Part shown: positions 39,073 through 51,460 of the stretch, piece by piece | Numbering within the stretch: the first letter of the stretch is position 1 | Layout of the letters: the number at the start of each line of letters is the position of its first letter | Source of the DNA: Perkinsus chesapeaki ATCC PRA-425 | Taxonomy: Eukaryota > Protista > Perkinsozoa | Assembly: GCA_013115145.1 (NCBI GenBank) | Contig: JAAPAO010000134.1 | Coordinates: forward strand, 2,620 to 66,619 | Reading direction: 5' to 3' | DNA: 64,000 nucleotides | The notes under the pieces: model-generated | What the model saw: only the letters and a program-made list of their open reading frames with translations | The model's database searches: none | Told to the model about the DNA's origin: nothing | Program-made: the position numbers and the translations under genes

Positions 39073-39838
39073 CTAGGCAACGTCGGGGCTGGAAAAGCTG
39101 AGAAGATACAGGTTGTATTGGGACGCTCGTGAGGAAGGGACCCAGTAGAAGATCTAGAGGAGAAGGAATACGCTTGAGATTACTCGGGTCGATTCCCACG
39201 ATCCTGAAACCGTTATTCTGATAGAGACGAGCGGCAGCCTCGGCGAACTCATCATTTATAGGGGCCTTCAAGTACACTGCTATTGCTTGCGGCCATTTCT
39301 GTCGTATCTTTCACGAGCAGTTCAATGGCTACATCATGATCACATACAGCTTTTAGTGCTTTTGCAAACATCCTAGATGCTACTCTTTTGTTCCGCCAGC
39401 CGTCATCTACCTCTACCCAAGATATGTACACAACATCCTCACTTCTCGACTGTCCAGGACTGAAAAGGGACGCATACTCTTGCTACATGCAAGTTGCGTA
39501 AAATGCCCTTACAGTTCCCTCAGTATGTCCTCAGGGGCACTTTGGGCCAATTTCGAATATATGATCCCTTTTACATTCTGAAAAGTAAAAACCTCTCAGA
39601 AAGGAAAACACAGGAGCGGTTTTACTTTCGGCACTTTCTCCCAGGCAGCGACAGCAACGAAGCAGAGAGTATCTTTCCATGGACAACGGAATGAACCGTC
39701 CTCCGCACGGAGAATCCGGTATTCAAGGTCCTCGGGATTTCGCTCGGTTAACAGCTTGGATTGCTCCGATGATTTTGTGGATATTTGATAAGTGATACTG
39801 ATAAGACTCACAATGAGATGCAGATGGGATGTCCTCAG
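39073..39838 (-). pseudogene. Secreted GNAT acetyltransferase, array copy 5; start codon is CTG where paralogs have ATG
   Basis: (CTG)RTSHLHLIVSLISITYQIS...DLEYRIL...VPK|NVKGIIYSKL...REL|PGQSRSEDVVYISWVEVDDGWRNKRVASRMFAKALKA|IRQKWPQAIAVYLKAP...AAARLYQNNGFRIVGIDP; otherwise open. Last exon boundary uncertain; could be functional. Confidence 0.65.
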
Positions 39839-40179
39839 TAATAACAAGAGAGTGAAAACTGTTAAGAAGGCGTATTCGGGTTTTGGGAAACCCGAAACCC
39901 TCGATTAAGGTCCATCTCCGGATAAGGTCCGTGTTTTTTGCGCGCTTTGAGGGCTTTAGTAGACTAACTTTCAGGAGATCTATCAGTCTCTAACTACTAG
40001 CTAGGATCCCTTAGCACTAGCTCCACCATTTATCGGTGAACCATAGTATGTTTACCCCTCAGCGACAATCAAAGTATAGGTATCGATCCCTCTCGGAAGT
40101 TGCACAGGGATGGTCTAAGTTAATTTGGGCATCGGACAGTCCAGAGTCCATAGTTCAATTTGGACTATGAACTCACACG

Positions 40180-40244
40180 CACCAGATATCCATAATACAC
40201 CGTGTGTATAAATTATACACACGGTGTATTATGGATATCTGGTG
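40180..40244. repeat. Perfect 32-bp inverted repeat with 1-nt spacer
   Basis: caccagatatccataatacaccgtgtgtataa-a-ttatacacacggtgtattatggatatctggtg; arms are exact reverse complements. Confidence 0.97.
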
Positions 40245-41387
40245 TGTATTGTGGATATTATACAGTATAATGAAGAATATCCTTTGTTTGCCACACATAG
40301 GAGCTCCTCATGGTTGAATTGCCAATGGCAATTTGCCATCTTCTCAATTTCGCAAAGCCACTCGTTCAAATTCGAGGTACCACCGCCTTGCAACTATTCA
40401 TTGACATGGCACCGACTTTATCTACTATTCCCTTCACCTGAGGAGACGGCCTGTGTCAGACGGGGCCAAGTATGCTCGAATTGAATGAATTTCCTAGGCG
40501 GGCGCTTGACTGAAGGCTCGAGCGCGAACGGCATCCTCCTTCTGTTCAAGGTCAGTGTTTGTACTTACATTGACCTACGATACCTGAGTTTTTCCTAAAG
40601 CACCGACAGGCCGAGGAACGTTACTATTCAGCCGCAGAATTGGAAGTAAAATTTATTCGTTGTTATTGTTTCAAAAATGATGAGCATTTTTCGCGATAAG
40701 ACGACAGGTGAAGAGTATTTTCAAAACAGTTGTAGCCCTTCGACGCGTCGGGGAGATCCAGGTCGGCATTCGATCTATGAGACTGTCTTCTTTATTATAA
40801 GAAGTGTTTCTTCATCTTTGACTACTCTCCTTCACGTTTACATATCTTCTACATCCTTGGTGAATGTACTATTGAGATCGCACCAACACGACTACGTGCT
40901 GTAGCCTGCCATTCGGAAACCGTACGTCTTTTGTTATCTTATTATTTACTGCTAATTATCGCTACCAGTTACTTATTATTGAGATTATCGTAACCCGTCC
41001 TATATTGTCAAGTACTTCATATAATTCAAATCTCATCAGCACTAGTTTCAGGCTCTACTGGCAGACTGCCAGTGGCAGTGAAGTATCAATCTCGGCGCTT
41101 GCATAATTATCTCATCAATTTCACACTGGCACTCCTCGGATATCTTGCGCGTCTGCATCTTAACCTTTCGCGTATATCTTACGTTATATTACTGTCCATA
41201 ACTCAATACATGAATCCAACTTTGGAAACCCTTTGATCTTTGACCTCCGACCACTGTAGGTTGACAAATAATACACACAGACTGCACGGGAATGCACTTC
41301 CCTTGACCGACTGCGAGCAGCAGTACTATACAGGACACAGCAAGATCAGCGAAAATAGAAAATAACACTACCAAAATCTATAATAGT

Positions 41388-41452
41388 ACCATCACGAGGA
41401 TTCGAACCCACGACCTCCAGGTTCTCATCCGCGACTACAACTGAACTACCCT
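41388..41452 (-). pseudogene. tRNA-derived pseudogene/SINE head
   Basis: Reverse strand GGTAGTTCAGTTGTAG (A-box-like) and GTGGGTTCGAATCCTC (B-box); stems degenerate. Confidence 0.5.
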
Positions 41453-43179
41453 ATATAGAGGGAATAAAAAACGACTCGCCCTATGAGGGCACATCTTCTA
41501 TTCGGCAGTGAAAGATTTCCAGCAAGCTGTCTCACTTAAGACCAGAAATGACTATAAACAGAAAATAGACTATCTTTAGACGAGCGCAGCTCGCCCTGTG
41601 ACCGACGATCGATGATGAGCTTGTCTTCCCAAACGATATTATCAGTATCGATTGGATAGACCATAAAAAGGGTAACAGTTAGTCCAGTACTGTAATTCAA
41701 ATTACAGAAGGTGACTCTAAGAAGCACAACGAACTTCGCTATCAGCCGATGTACCTAATAAAAGAATAACTGATTTCGAACAAACCGGTTCGACAATTTC
41801 CGGGCGAGTGACGAATCAGTGATAAACATCACTGACAGGAATACTAAGAGCTATAAGATAATTTCGCCAGCCGAATGAGACAAAATATTCCTCCCTGTCC
41901 GGCTCGCTCCCCTTCCAAGGCGGCTGCTGGCGTATGAACTATTCTTATACACGGGAGAACGCGGGATAGGACAACAAGAGGATGTGTTTGTTATAACACA
42001 ATTTTATACAGTCCGGTCAAATTATACGGAAAAACGCATTCTGATAGAATGCTATTTTATTTCCATGTTCGACCGATAGCGCATTTTGATCGTCGCTAGA
42101 CAATGCTACGATATGTAACTACCAGCTACGGCAAAATCCATATATATACCCATGAGTCGTAAACGTATCTTCGACCTTTCTTACTTGCATCACTTTCCCC
42201 CCGCTCTCTAACTATTGTGCTCCTTCTCCCAATGACTCTAGGTACCGCAGTTGATCTCTTAATCATCAGTGCTCGAGCTTCTTCTGGGCACATAACGTAT
42301 GTCTTATGGGACTGCTCAGATACAATTCTGGGAAGAACCGAGTAAAGCTTAGACAGCTGTCTACATAAATCGTCTACGGTTGGAACCTAAACGTATCTTA
42401 CCAGCTTCAACCTAAGATACCTCTTGCACTACCGATTTCATTTTCACGCATTTTACATAGCTCCTAGGGACCACCTTAGACAGCAGTCGAGCAGGATTCA
42501 AATCACAACGGCTGTTCCCGGTTAGTACCTACCAACGCCGTTGAATCGGAAAACAGTGAATAAAACCCATCTCGGAACCATTAGCGATTTACGTTATAGC
42601 TCCTCATTCCACTACCGCCCACTTTCTAGCCTCAACTGTCGTGAGTTTAAGAGCCCTCGATCACTTACCCTGCGATATTAAGGTTAGTTAACAAACACAC
42701 CAATAGTAGCCGGTAGAGATCAAATTCATTGGGAACGAAGTTAGCAGATAAAAATATGATTAATAATAAATGAATAACTTTAGTTGATAATTGACACGGA
42801 AGAAACTACAAATGTAGACAGCCTTCTACTGGAACTTCTCCAAAGTATTTCCACTCGCCTATTCAGCAATAGTCCAGATATCAATAGCGACTATAGTATA
42901 TATGAACAGTATGAAAACATCAATAAATTACTATATAGTAATATGATACAGATAATCAATCTGATATATATATGGTAATCTGGATATCAATCTGGCAGTC
43001 TGATACATAATATATGTATCAATAAATAGTATGAATATAGTGTAACTCATGCCTATAGTTTATTTATTAATTACCGATATTTATTAACTTGTAGTACAAA
43101 CTATATTATTACACAGATAGTGATATTAGGATACTAAAATCAAATATACAATACTTAATAAGTATTGTCTCAAGATTCC

Positions 43180-44174
43180 TCCTAGTCCCAGGTTTGCTCC
43201 CCTCCCCAACAGTCCGGAACAATGTTTGCCATATATATTATTACCAAGCTGACCGTATGCATCTCGTCGCTTTTCCTATGCTTCACGGCCATCTGCACCA
43301 TAGAGCGTGCTTTACTAGCTAATCCTGTAGTACTCTTAACCTCTACTTTAGGATTAGTACCGTCAATCAATGATAATATACCAGGAGACGATCTGAAGGG
43401 AGAATTCAAATAAACCCGTAGATGCTCTTACAGGCCAATCGGCATGTAAGATTGGCCAGAGTGGAAGCAGCGACTAAGTCGGTAGCTCACGAAAATCGCC
43501 TGCGAATCAACCGATAGAAGATAATGCCGTTTCTTGTCGCTGCGTATTAAAACGGGCGTCAACGGTGCGCATATTTCCGATTTTCGCGACGGTCACTGCC
43601 TTTCCCCTGGTACCTTTTAGCACACTTGAAGACCCAAGCTGGATGAGCCGCTGTTACTATATAAATTTTATTGTCCAAACTCATGGCAATAGCTTCACGG
43701 AGGAGCTTTTCGGTGATATCCAAACAGGACCTGGGCGGAAACAAGAGTATTATTGATGGAGATGTAATAGATACTAATAATCATATAAAAGATAACGTAT
43801 AGATTCATAATTAAAAATTAGAAATAAAGAATTCAAGCTGTAATATATCGCGTTGCCTTCCCTTTAGTTTTTTTGCATTTACAGCAAATATATTATTCAG
43901 TTTAATCTATAACATTCCTACTCATTTTCACTGATGAAAACCCTTATTTCTCTCCCTTGTCTATATCCGCCCATTTCTATTACTTCAAAGCTTCCTCGTC
44001 GTAGCCATCAACATTGCGAGTTTGTTCAATAAAGGCACTAGTGGGAAATAAAGTGTCATCCCAATCAAATATAAACAGGGACCGATCACTTCGTATAGGG
44101 GGTTCACTGAGCCCCTCTTCACTAGTGCTTTCATCGCTGCTTGTAGTCGTACGACCGACTTCCGCAGCTGACAT
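43180..44174 (-). CDS. HAD-superfamily hydrolase-like protein (DWDDT motif I)
   Basis: Exon 1 LFIFDWDDTLFPTS; exon 2 SCLDITEKLLREAIAMSLDNKIYIVTAAHPAWVFKCAKR (motif II Thr). Later exons and the 3' end are approximate. Confidence 0.7.
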
Positions 44175-44267
44175 AGTGTAACTAATAGGAGCCTGTCTGG
44201 GGTATCGTGTTTGATTACGACGAGCACTTATTACACCGCTGCAGGTGGAATAAATGCTTCCTAAAAT

Positions 44268-44345
44268 GTCGCTTCTGGGATTCGAACCCGCGTCTTTGCC
44301 ACCAGTGTCATATGCACATGCGTGCTACGACAATTGCGCAGTCGT
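44268..44345 (-). pseudogene. tRNA-derived pseudogene/SINE head just upstream of the HAD gene
   Basis: Reverse strand TGCGCAATTGTCGTAGCA (D-arm-like) and GCGGGTTCGAATCCC (B-box); anticodon and acceptor stems degenerate. Confidence 0.5.
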
Positions 44346-46289
44346 TCGGCTACTGTGGGAAGCGATACTGCTTATTGATGATTTACGATCCTATCGAACC
44401 TCGGGTTGAACGATTATACTGATCAGTGATACGTTCAGATGTATCATCCACGGGAGGGGCAGAAGTTTTGCCGCAAAACGCACTTGCACTCCGCAAAAAC
44501 CACCGCGCTAGGCTACGAACAACTAATGTCAAACGACCGCAACTGTTTTATCGGGCTGGGGTGACAAGTTGCTAAGTGTAGGACTAGGAGCTCAGATGCG
44601 TTATCTCAACCGGAGGGACCGTGAGGAATACTTAGCTTACACTGCAGACAGTAGTGATAACCCAGAATGCACCAATGTCTGGCAATCATGAGCCGCCCGC
44701 ATAGCTATAGGTTTTATACCGCGCATGCATACAGTCGTAGAATCCTACAACAACCGCATGAAACAGGTACACTCTGTGAAAGTAGCTCTATATGGCCGTA
44801 CTGGGACGAACAATACCACAAGACAGGTGGCGCAGAAAGATTACTTTGATAAGAAACTACTCACTTTAGAAATTACTGTTAATTACAGCGCGCCACATTA
44901 AGCAAATAATACAGGAACGAAGCAACTAAAAGTTGTAGTTGTTATGTAACTGATATATCAGTCAATCCCCAAAAATTGCACTCGTGACAGTGTTACCAGT
45001 GAGGAACAGTTGTGCGCCGCGCGCAGTGTACATGGGAAACACAATGCTCCTGAGGCATTGTGACGAGGGGACCTTCACGCACCTGTTCTGTATCAACCGA
45101 AAGAATAATATGACGGCACTAATCGTTGAATGATAATTTGCCTCTATGCAATTTAAGAGTCAGGGCTAAAGGTGTGGTACCGGCCCTGGTCTGTCTACCT
45201 ACACCTTTGCTCATGATCATAGCCAAGGCCCGCGTTATCCGTCCCTTTTAACTTGATGCGAGGAGGGAGCAGTGCTTTTCGCAACTAGTGCCCGTATCAC
45301 AATAGAACCTTCGGAAAAAGAAGTTGCCAATCAACTCCTTTGCCCACTAGAACCGTGGCTAACGACACATCCAGCAATGAGGAAGGGACAGAAGTGCTCC
45401 TCCTCAGGAGTCTGCTCCTATGCTGTCATGTACTGGGACTCCCAGCCTAGGAGCATTTCCACTATGGAATGGGAAGTTCGAGCGCTCTTTCCGACGAACA
45501 ACCTAGTACTTCTACATTGTAGTATCACTCTCACTGGAAAATCCCGTGGTATTATCCGATAATTGGAGTCCGATCCTCCCGACGGTGGCCGCGGATATCA
45601 GGGGCATCTTCAGAATATTTTTCTGTCCCATGAGAGGATTTCGTATCACTCCGGATTGCAAGTCGAAATCCGAAATTCATCGTCTAGCTCAGGTGTTCTG
45701 GCGCGACCGTTGCGTGAGAGATGATTCTTCAAACCTGTGGTGCGCGAGAAAATGAACTTGTGATCGAAGTCGGATGATACAGGTTGAGAAAACAAGGCGG
45801 ACAAGTGAGACAAGCAAACAGCTTCGGATTCGACTTGAAGTCGCTGCTGTAAAGTGTTGACCCTGGTGTGTGAGAGCGTATTGCTTGTCTTCATGGATAA
45901 AAAGGCCTGTCATGTCTGGCTCAAGTACCGAGTCTAGGTTATGAAAACCCATCACCGTTAGTAACTCTTGACTTACGAGACCCGAAAAGGCGGCGGATCA
46001 GTCAGACAGTTGAGCAGAAGCGTGGCTCCGTGACGGAGTCCCCGTCACGTCACGTCACGTCACCAGTGGATTGAAGGTCATGAAGTTTGATAGGAAACTG
46101 TCGACCAGAAAGGAGCCAATAGCTTAACGTAGCCCTGGTGGAGTGAATCACTTCAAGTGATGTAGGGTGATACAGACTCGAAGGCTTCTCGCTACTTCTC
46201 GTACATGTAGCAGGCAGACCGTCCGGTTAGTTGCTCAGAATATGTTTCACAATGATACTTGTCAGTGTAGTTCTTACACCAGTCTTCCA

Positions 46290-46520
46290 ATGATGATCAA
46301 ATATATAATTTTTGCTGCTTACACCGTCTTGACCCTCGGCGAGACCGTGCAGGATGTACCATTCCATTTGAGAGGCCTCGGCGGCTTCGCCTGCCTAAGT
46401 TGTAGAGATACCTGTGAGTGCAGAGATATCCCCCCCATTTCATGCCGTTGCCCGAAGCTTTAAAGCCTAGGGTGTTGCCTGTATAGGCCATCATTTAGAA
46501 CATCTTATCCCGGGAACAGC
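46290..46520 (+). CDS. Small putative secreted Cys-containing hypothetical protein
   Basis: MMIKYIIFAAYTVLTLGETVQDVPFHLRGLGGFACLSCRDT: signal-peptide-like start, then a gtgagt donor. Downstream structure unresolved. Confidence 0.4.
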
Positions 46521-47267
46521 ATCTCTCGGAACTTTAGATAACCGGACTGGTCGAACCGGTCGTATTCGGTTTTTATTTTATTCCGTTTGTTTGTTGCGTT
46601 GTAACTTATAAGGTACTTTACAACTTGTAATGGAGAGAGAAGTAACCTCAAACACTCCTCTAGAAAAGCAGGGATAGATTAAAGAAAGGTTTCCTCCATT
46701 AAGGCTACTCTCGCATTGATGAAGTGATGCATAAAGAACCCACCTGGAGCACGATACGTACTATACGAATAAAACAGTTGCATGCTTGAAAGTTTGTGCG
46801 TCAAAGGGATGAACTAATACACTCCAGTGGAGTGACTCCACACATGCTGCAAGATGATCGGTTCTTATTTCCATCTTCCGGTGAAGTACGCTACATGTGT
46901 GTGAAATTGCGCCATATCACATTGTGGTATACGTGTGGTGTTGAAGCTCAACGGTCGAACCAAGAGTGTCTCGATGTGGAGACACTTACAAGGGCTACGT
47001 AAGTTGAACACGGAGGGGCTGGAGCAGCGGTTGGGGGCCCGACCTCCGAGCCCGAGGCAATAATAGGGCGTCTATAGGCGGTGGCACCGCCGCTTTGCCT
47101 ACAAAGGTTCGTACGAGTCACGGCTAGGTCACTTTATCACCCAGGCTCCTCGCAAAACGAGAAACTCATATTTCCCGAACAAACTCGATACGACAAGAAC
47201 AACGAAACAGGGTAATCATGCAAGTGCACTGGTTCGCTTTGATCGCTTCCTCTCCGACACCTGATGC

Positions 47268-50200
47268 TTACCCGACTGCTAGTGACGAAACGTCAGTTAC
47301 TACATCCAATGTAGTATCGATATCTCTGAGTTCTTGAAATGCTGGTATCAATAACTGAGGGTTTGTTTCGGCTAGTTTGGTGAAGTTCTCCAGTGATATT
47401 TTAGCCCCGGGGGTGAGTTTAATTTCTGTATACAACACCTCAGCCCTGCGTTCCAGCCAGGCTTCCGATACATCACCTACAAGAAGAGCGTATCATCGTA
47501 GACAGCATAGTTCAACTTCATTGTCCTGAGTCATCTTCTTAGTCCCACCTGGGGAATTCGCTCTTAGTATTTTCAATAACTCCGGTTTATCAATAAAACC
47601 ACTATTATCTTCATCGAACATCATGAAAGCGAATCTAAGCTTGTCCTTTGGAGGAGCGTCTGTATATGTTGATAGACCAACTGAGAATAGGCGGAACCAT
47701 GCTCACTGATTCGGTGACACTGAGGGACATTCAACTTTTCGGTGAGCGTTTGAAAAAATGCAAGTAATTTCGGGTAAAGTGCTTACGTTCGCCCTATAAG
47801 AAGACAACGGGGAACTGATCGATGCTGTTCTAGTTAATGTGTCACTTTTGCTAACCACTCCGCAAGTGGCATTTTGCATTTCATCATAGTTCGAATTATT
47901 TTAATACCCAAAATGCACTTTCCTCGAGTAAATCGCCAAACTGAAGTAAATGATTTACTGTAAATCGTCACAATACAGAGTTAGTGACCTTCCTTGGGAA
48001 TTGACACCAGTGCATGGGCTTAAGTTAAGCCCAGATCTGTTAAACAGAGCTTAATCTTCTACCACCCCTGCTTCCTCGCTTTTTTGCTCGAGCGAAGTCG
48101 AATAAAAATTTAGGGACAACTTGTCATCAATGAGAATATCTTAACCCCTATCCCTTAACTTACGAAGATATACTAAAATCTTTAGGGTCCTCTTTGAGCT
48201 GCGTTACAACCACATTAGATTTTTGAGCTACTCATTACCCACGGAACTAACCTATAAACTCCTTAACGTCAATTTCTCCAGAGCCATCCGAATCGAATAG
48301 AGCAAATAGCCTTCTTAACATGGGAGTGTCTTCTTTGAGCAGCACCTGATACCCATGCTGTATGCGCACCGATAAATCGAACATTTAATGCTTAGTGTGT
48401 TCAACCCGTATAGGCTACAGTCGAGCTAATATTCCAGCTATTCTCTAGCTAGTATCACCAAGTTGGTGATCTGCGTTGGTGACACGAACGTTAGCAAGGC
48501 CGCCTTAGTAAGGCGGTCTTAATTCTTCGGAAGAATTTCTTCCGTAATGCGGAAGAAATCCAAGGGAAGTTCGCGGGATCGCATGGATTTCGTGAATCTC
48601 GCGGTGTACATGATGTTCTCTTGGTCAACTCGTTTTCGTAGTGAGAAATTCTTACCAACTTTCCGTGTTGAATTGTTCAATTCTCTCAAGTTTACCTTTC
48701 TGAATTCCTCATAGTCGATCATTCCGGAACCATCCGTATCAATTTCTTGAAACTTATGGAATATCTTTTTTATTTGCGATGGCTTGATACTCGATCCAGC
48801 TTCGGTCTCAGAAAATGCAGTAAGAATCTCACGTCGAGAGTCTCTCGTTAGACCTCCCACAAAACGCGCTGAAGGAAAGAATTATCGAACTGGTTGAATG
48901 ATCCTGCAAACAAACCCATCTCGAGTGGGTCTTGTTTATTCAGGAAAATATTCCAAGTTAACAAAGGTTAATAGATAGTGCGAAATTCAACCCTACCTTC
49001 CTTTATTTTCGTATTCTTATTTTCTATCGCCTTTTCGAACTGCGCTTCATATTCGGGGTCATAGGCGTATCTATGGTGGTTTCGCCGTGGCCCACGGCCC
49101 GTGGCGCTGGAACTCAATTATAGTATTTCCTCCTACGTCGTGTGATAGTCCCATAGGCTCATTTTCTGTTTGGTTCGCTCTTCCAGTTCCACATTACGGA
49201 AAAGCAGCGGTGGGCTCAAGAACAGTTCGGCGAATTCTCTGTAACTGATGTGTTACAGTTGAGATGATATATCTCTCCAACAGATGTAATTTGCATCCCT
49301 TGAAGTGCCAAATCAGTGATCCACATCATTTATTCACACTGTATCGCTTCAGACTCGGCAAAGCATTCGGCAACGGGAAAAACAGGGAAAATCTTACTCC
49401 GAATAGCACTTGATGTTGTTCTTCAAAATAGTTATTTTGACTATAAGATTTATAGAAAAGCATAATTCTAGAATCCATATCTGGCACAAATTAGGTCCCA
49501 CCAAAACCTGCCCTGATTTTCCTCCACGTCGACAGAGGATAGGCTAGCTAGCAGTGCCTACTCGGCACGTGACAAGTCGGAGGAAACGAAAAGTTCAGTG
49601 CATATCGAGTGCAGAGAGGCTCTCTGATGCTCCGAGCACTATGTCAGACTCTAGGATAGCTAAGTTGCTTAGCCTGAGTGGTGCAGACTTACTTGACACA
49701 ACCATTTCCATCATGGTCGACCATTCGTATCATCTCTTTTATTTCTTCATCAGTTGCAGACTCGCCAGATAATGCTAGCACCTGCCGTATCTGAAGGCAT
49801 TCACTTAACACGCAATAGCTGAGGATGTAGTGTGGGTTCACAAACATGTCGTATCCTGAAAATGAATAAGAAAAATAATGTCCAATCACGTCATCAAACA
49901 TGTTGTATAGAGTGGATTACCCACCGGGGACGTGCTCACTAGGCGCAGATCGCGTCACTCAATGCACCTAGTGTGTAGAAGAATAGCCATTGTTATACAG
50001 TGTCAACCATTCAGACAGGTCGAGTTTCGAGAAACTTTTATCGAGCCGACAGTGTCCACTCTAATGAGTAGTAGTCTTGAGAATACTTCTTATTTCTCTA
50101 CTGCAACGCACTTAGCTGCTTACATCAGACTCATCCAAGGAGCCATTCCCATCAGAATCAATACTCTTGAATGCCTCTGCGATCTGACATGATAATACGA

Positions 50201-50721
50201 GTATATTTTGTGCGGCATCATGCCGTCGGCACTCGCAACCTTTGTCGACTGATCATCGGCTTGAACCGGAGATCACAGATGCTCTGCGTCAGAGCTGACT
50301 AGCACGCGATTTGTGTCATTTCTGTGCTTACAGACGAGACTGGAACGTTGGGAGTACTTATACCGTTAAGGACCGTGTAAGAAAGCGCACCTGCTGATTT
50401 GTATAGAGGTCCTCTTGTATTCCCGGTATTAAAAACGCATCCAATTCGGGATGAGCAGAGCTGTCGCTCTAAAAAGTAAACATTGCCGTACTACAGCACA
50501 GTTTCGTACACCACTCTTCTGCCGCTGTGGTATCGGCAGCGTTGGGATTGTTGCATCGTGTTGAGGGGGACCTTACCAACAATGAGAATGACCCCAGATA
50601 GAGAGTATGGATTACTGTGCTTCTGCTTGTTCAATCGAGGTGGTGGGCCCATGTTGTTTATTAGACGAGGCGGTGTCTCCTTTCCTTTCATGGTAGTTAC
50701 GCGGGAAATCAAGGAAGTCAA
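47268..50721 (-). CDS. Multi-EF-hand calcium-binding protein (calmodulin-like pair + calcineurin-B-like C-terminal module)
   Basis: EF loops in spliced exons: IDSDGNGSLDESD, VDHDGNGCVS|YREF, IDTDGSGMIDYEEF, FDSDGSGEIDVKEF, FDEDNSGFIDKPEL, with DKLRFAFMMFD; stop TAA at 47268. 5' end uncertain. Confidence 0.85.
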
Positions 50722-51460
50722 GTTGTCTTGGTATTATCAAGTTGATAATATTAAATTGATATCCAAGTGCAATATCGAACACCAAACTTTATGTGAAGCC
50801 AGCTATAGTGTTCTATGTAGAACTCAGCGCTATGAAAAATCGGGAAGTACTATGCAGAGCAATGGATATTCGTGTACAGCCAAAACACATGTCCTCCGAT
50901 AGGAGAATATCGATGATATATCAGGACGACACGGCTATTATGTACTGAACAAACACAAGAAAGGTACTTAGATGATATAATGTACGGCTCATATGATCAT
51001 ATAGTCCCAGCATCATCAGACCCGGCTCGGACCATTATATTCCACATGGCACATGCTATCGTTTCCGCGGAGCAGCAATATTAACAGATGAGTGAACGGA
51101 TGGATAACTCAAGATACGGAGCGATAATTGAACCTTCTGCCTGCCTTGATACTCTGATAGGATATATCGAACTGAAAATGTAAACTTAACACGAACGAAA
51201 GATTTATTCGTCAGGACACTATTCGGATTTGTTAGTTTAGTAAAAAAGTAGAGTGAGCTCTGTAATCACCAGATCAGAGTAACTCGGATCGATTTCAAGA
51301 GGCAGAGTTGCTTCACGCGAGGTACTTTTCGAGTACGAGAACGGATAGAAACACAGTGTAAATATACTAATACTCGGGAAGCAGAGGGTTTATAGAAGTG
51401 TGTATATATTATTTGATGCTGTAAATATACAAGGAGGGGAGAGTCGTACAGTGCCTACTA

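Noticed and set aside
41520-41700. Weak resemblance to a Penelope-type RT thumb (TIFRRAQ...DDEL)
   Set aside because: Multiple stops, no YxDD or GIY-YIG motif nearby; too weak to call without an HMM search.
45915-45925. TCTGGCTCAAG resembling the 3' end of the perkinsid spliced leader
   Set aside because: Only 11 nt match, with no upstream CCGTAGCCA and no SL-RNA structure; consistent with chance.
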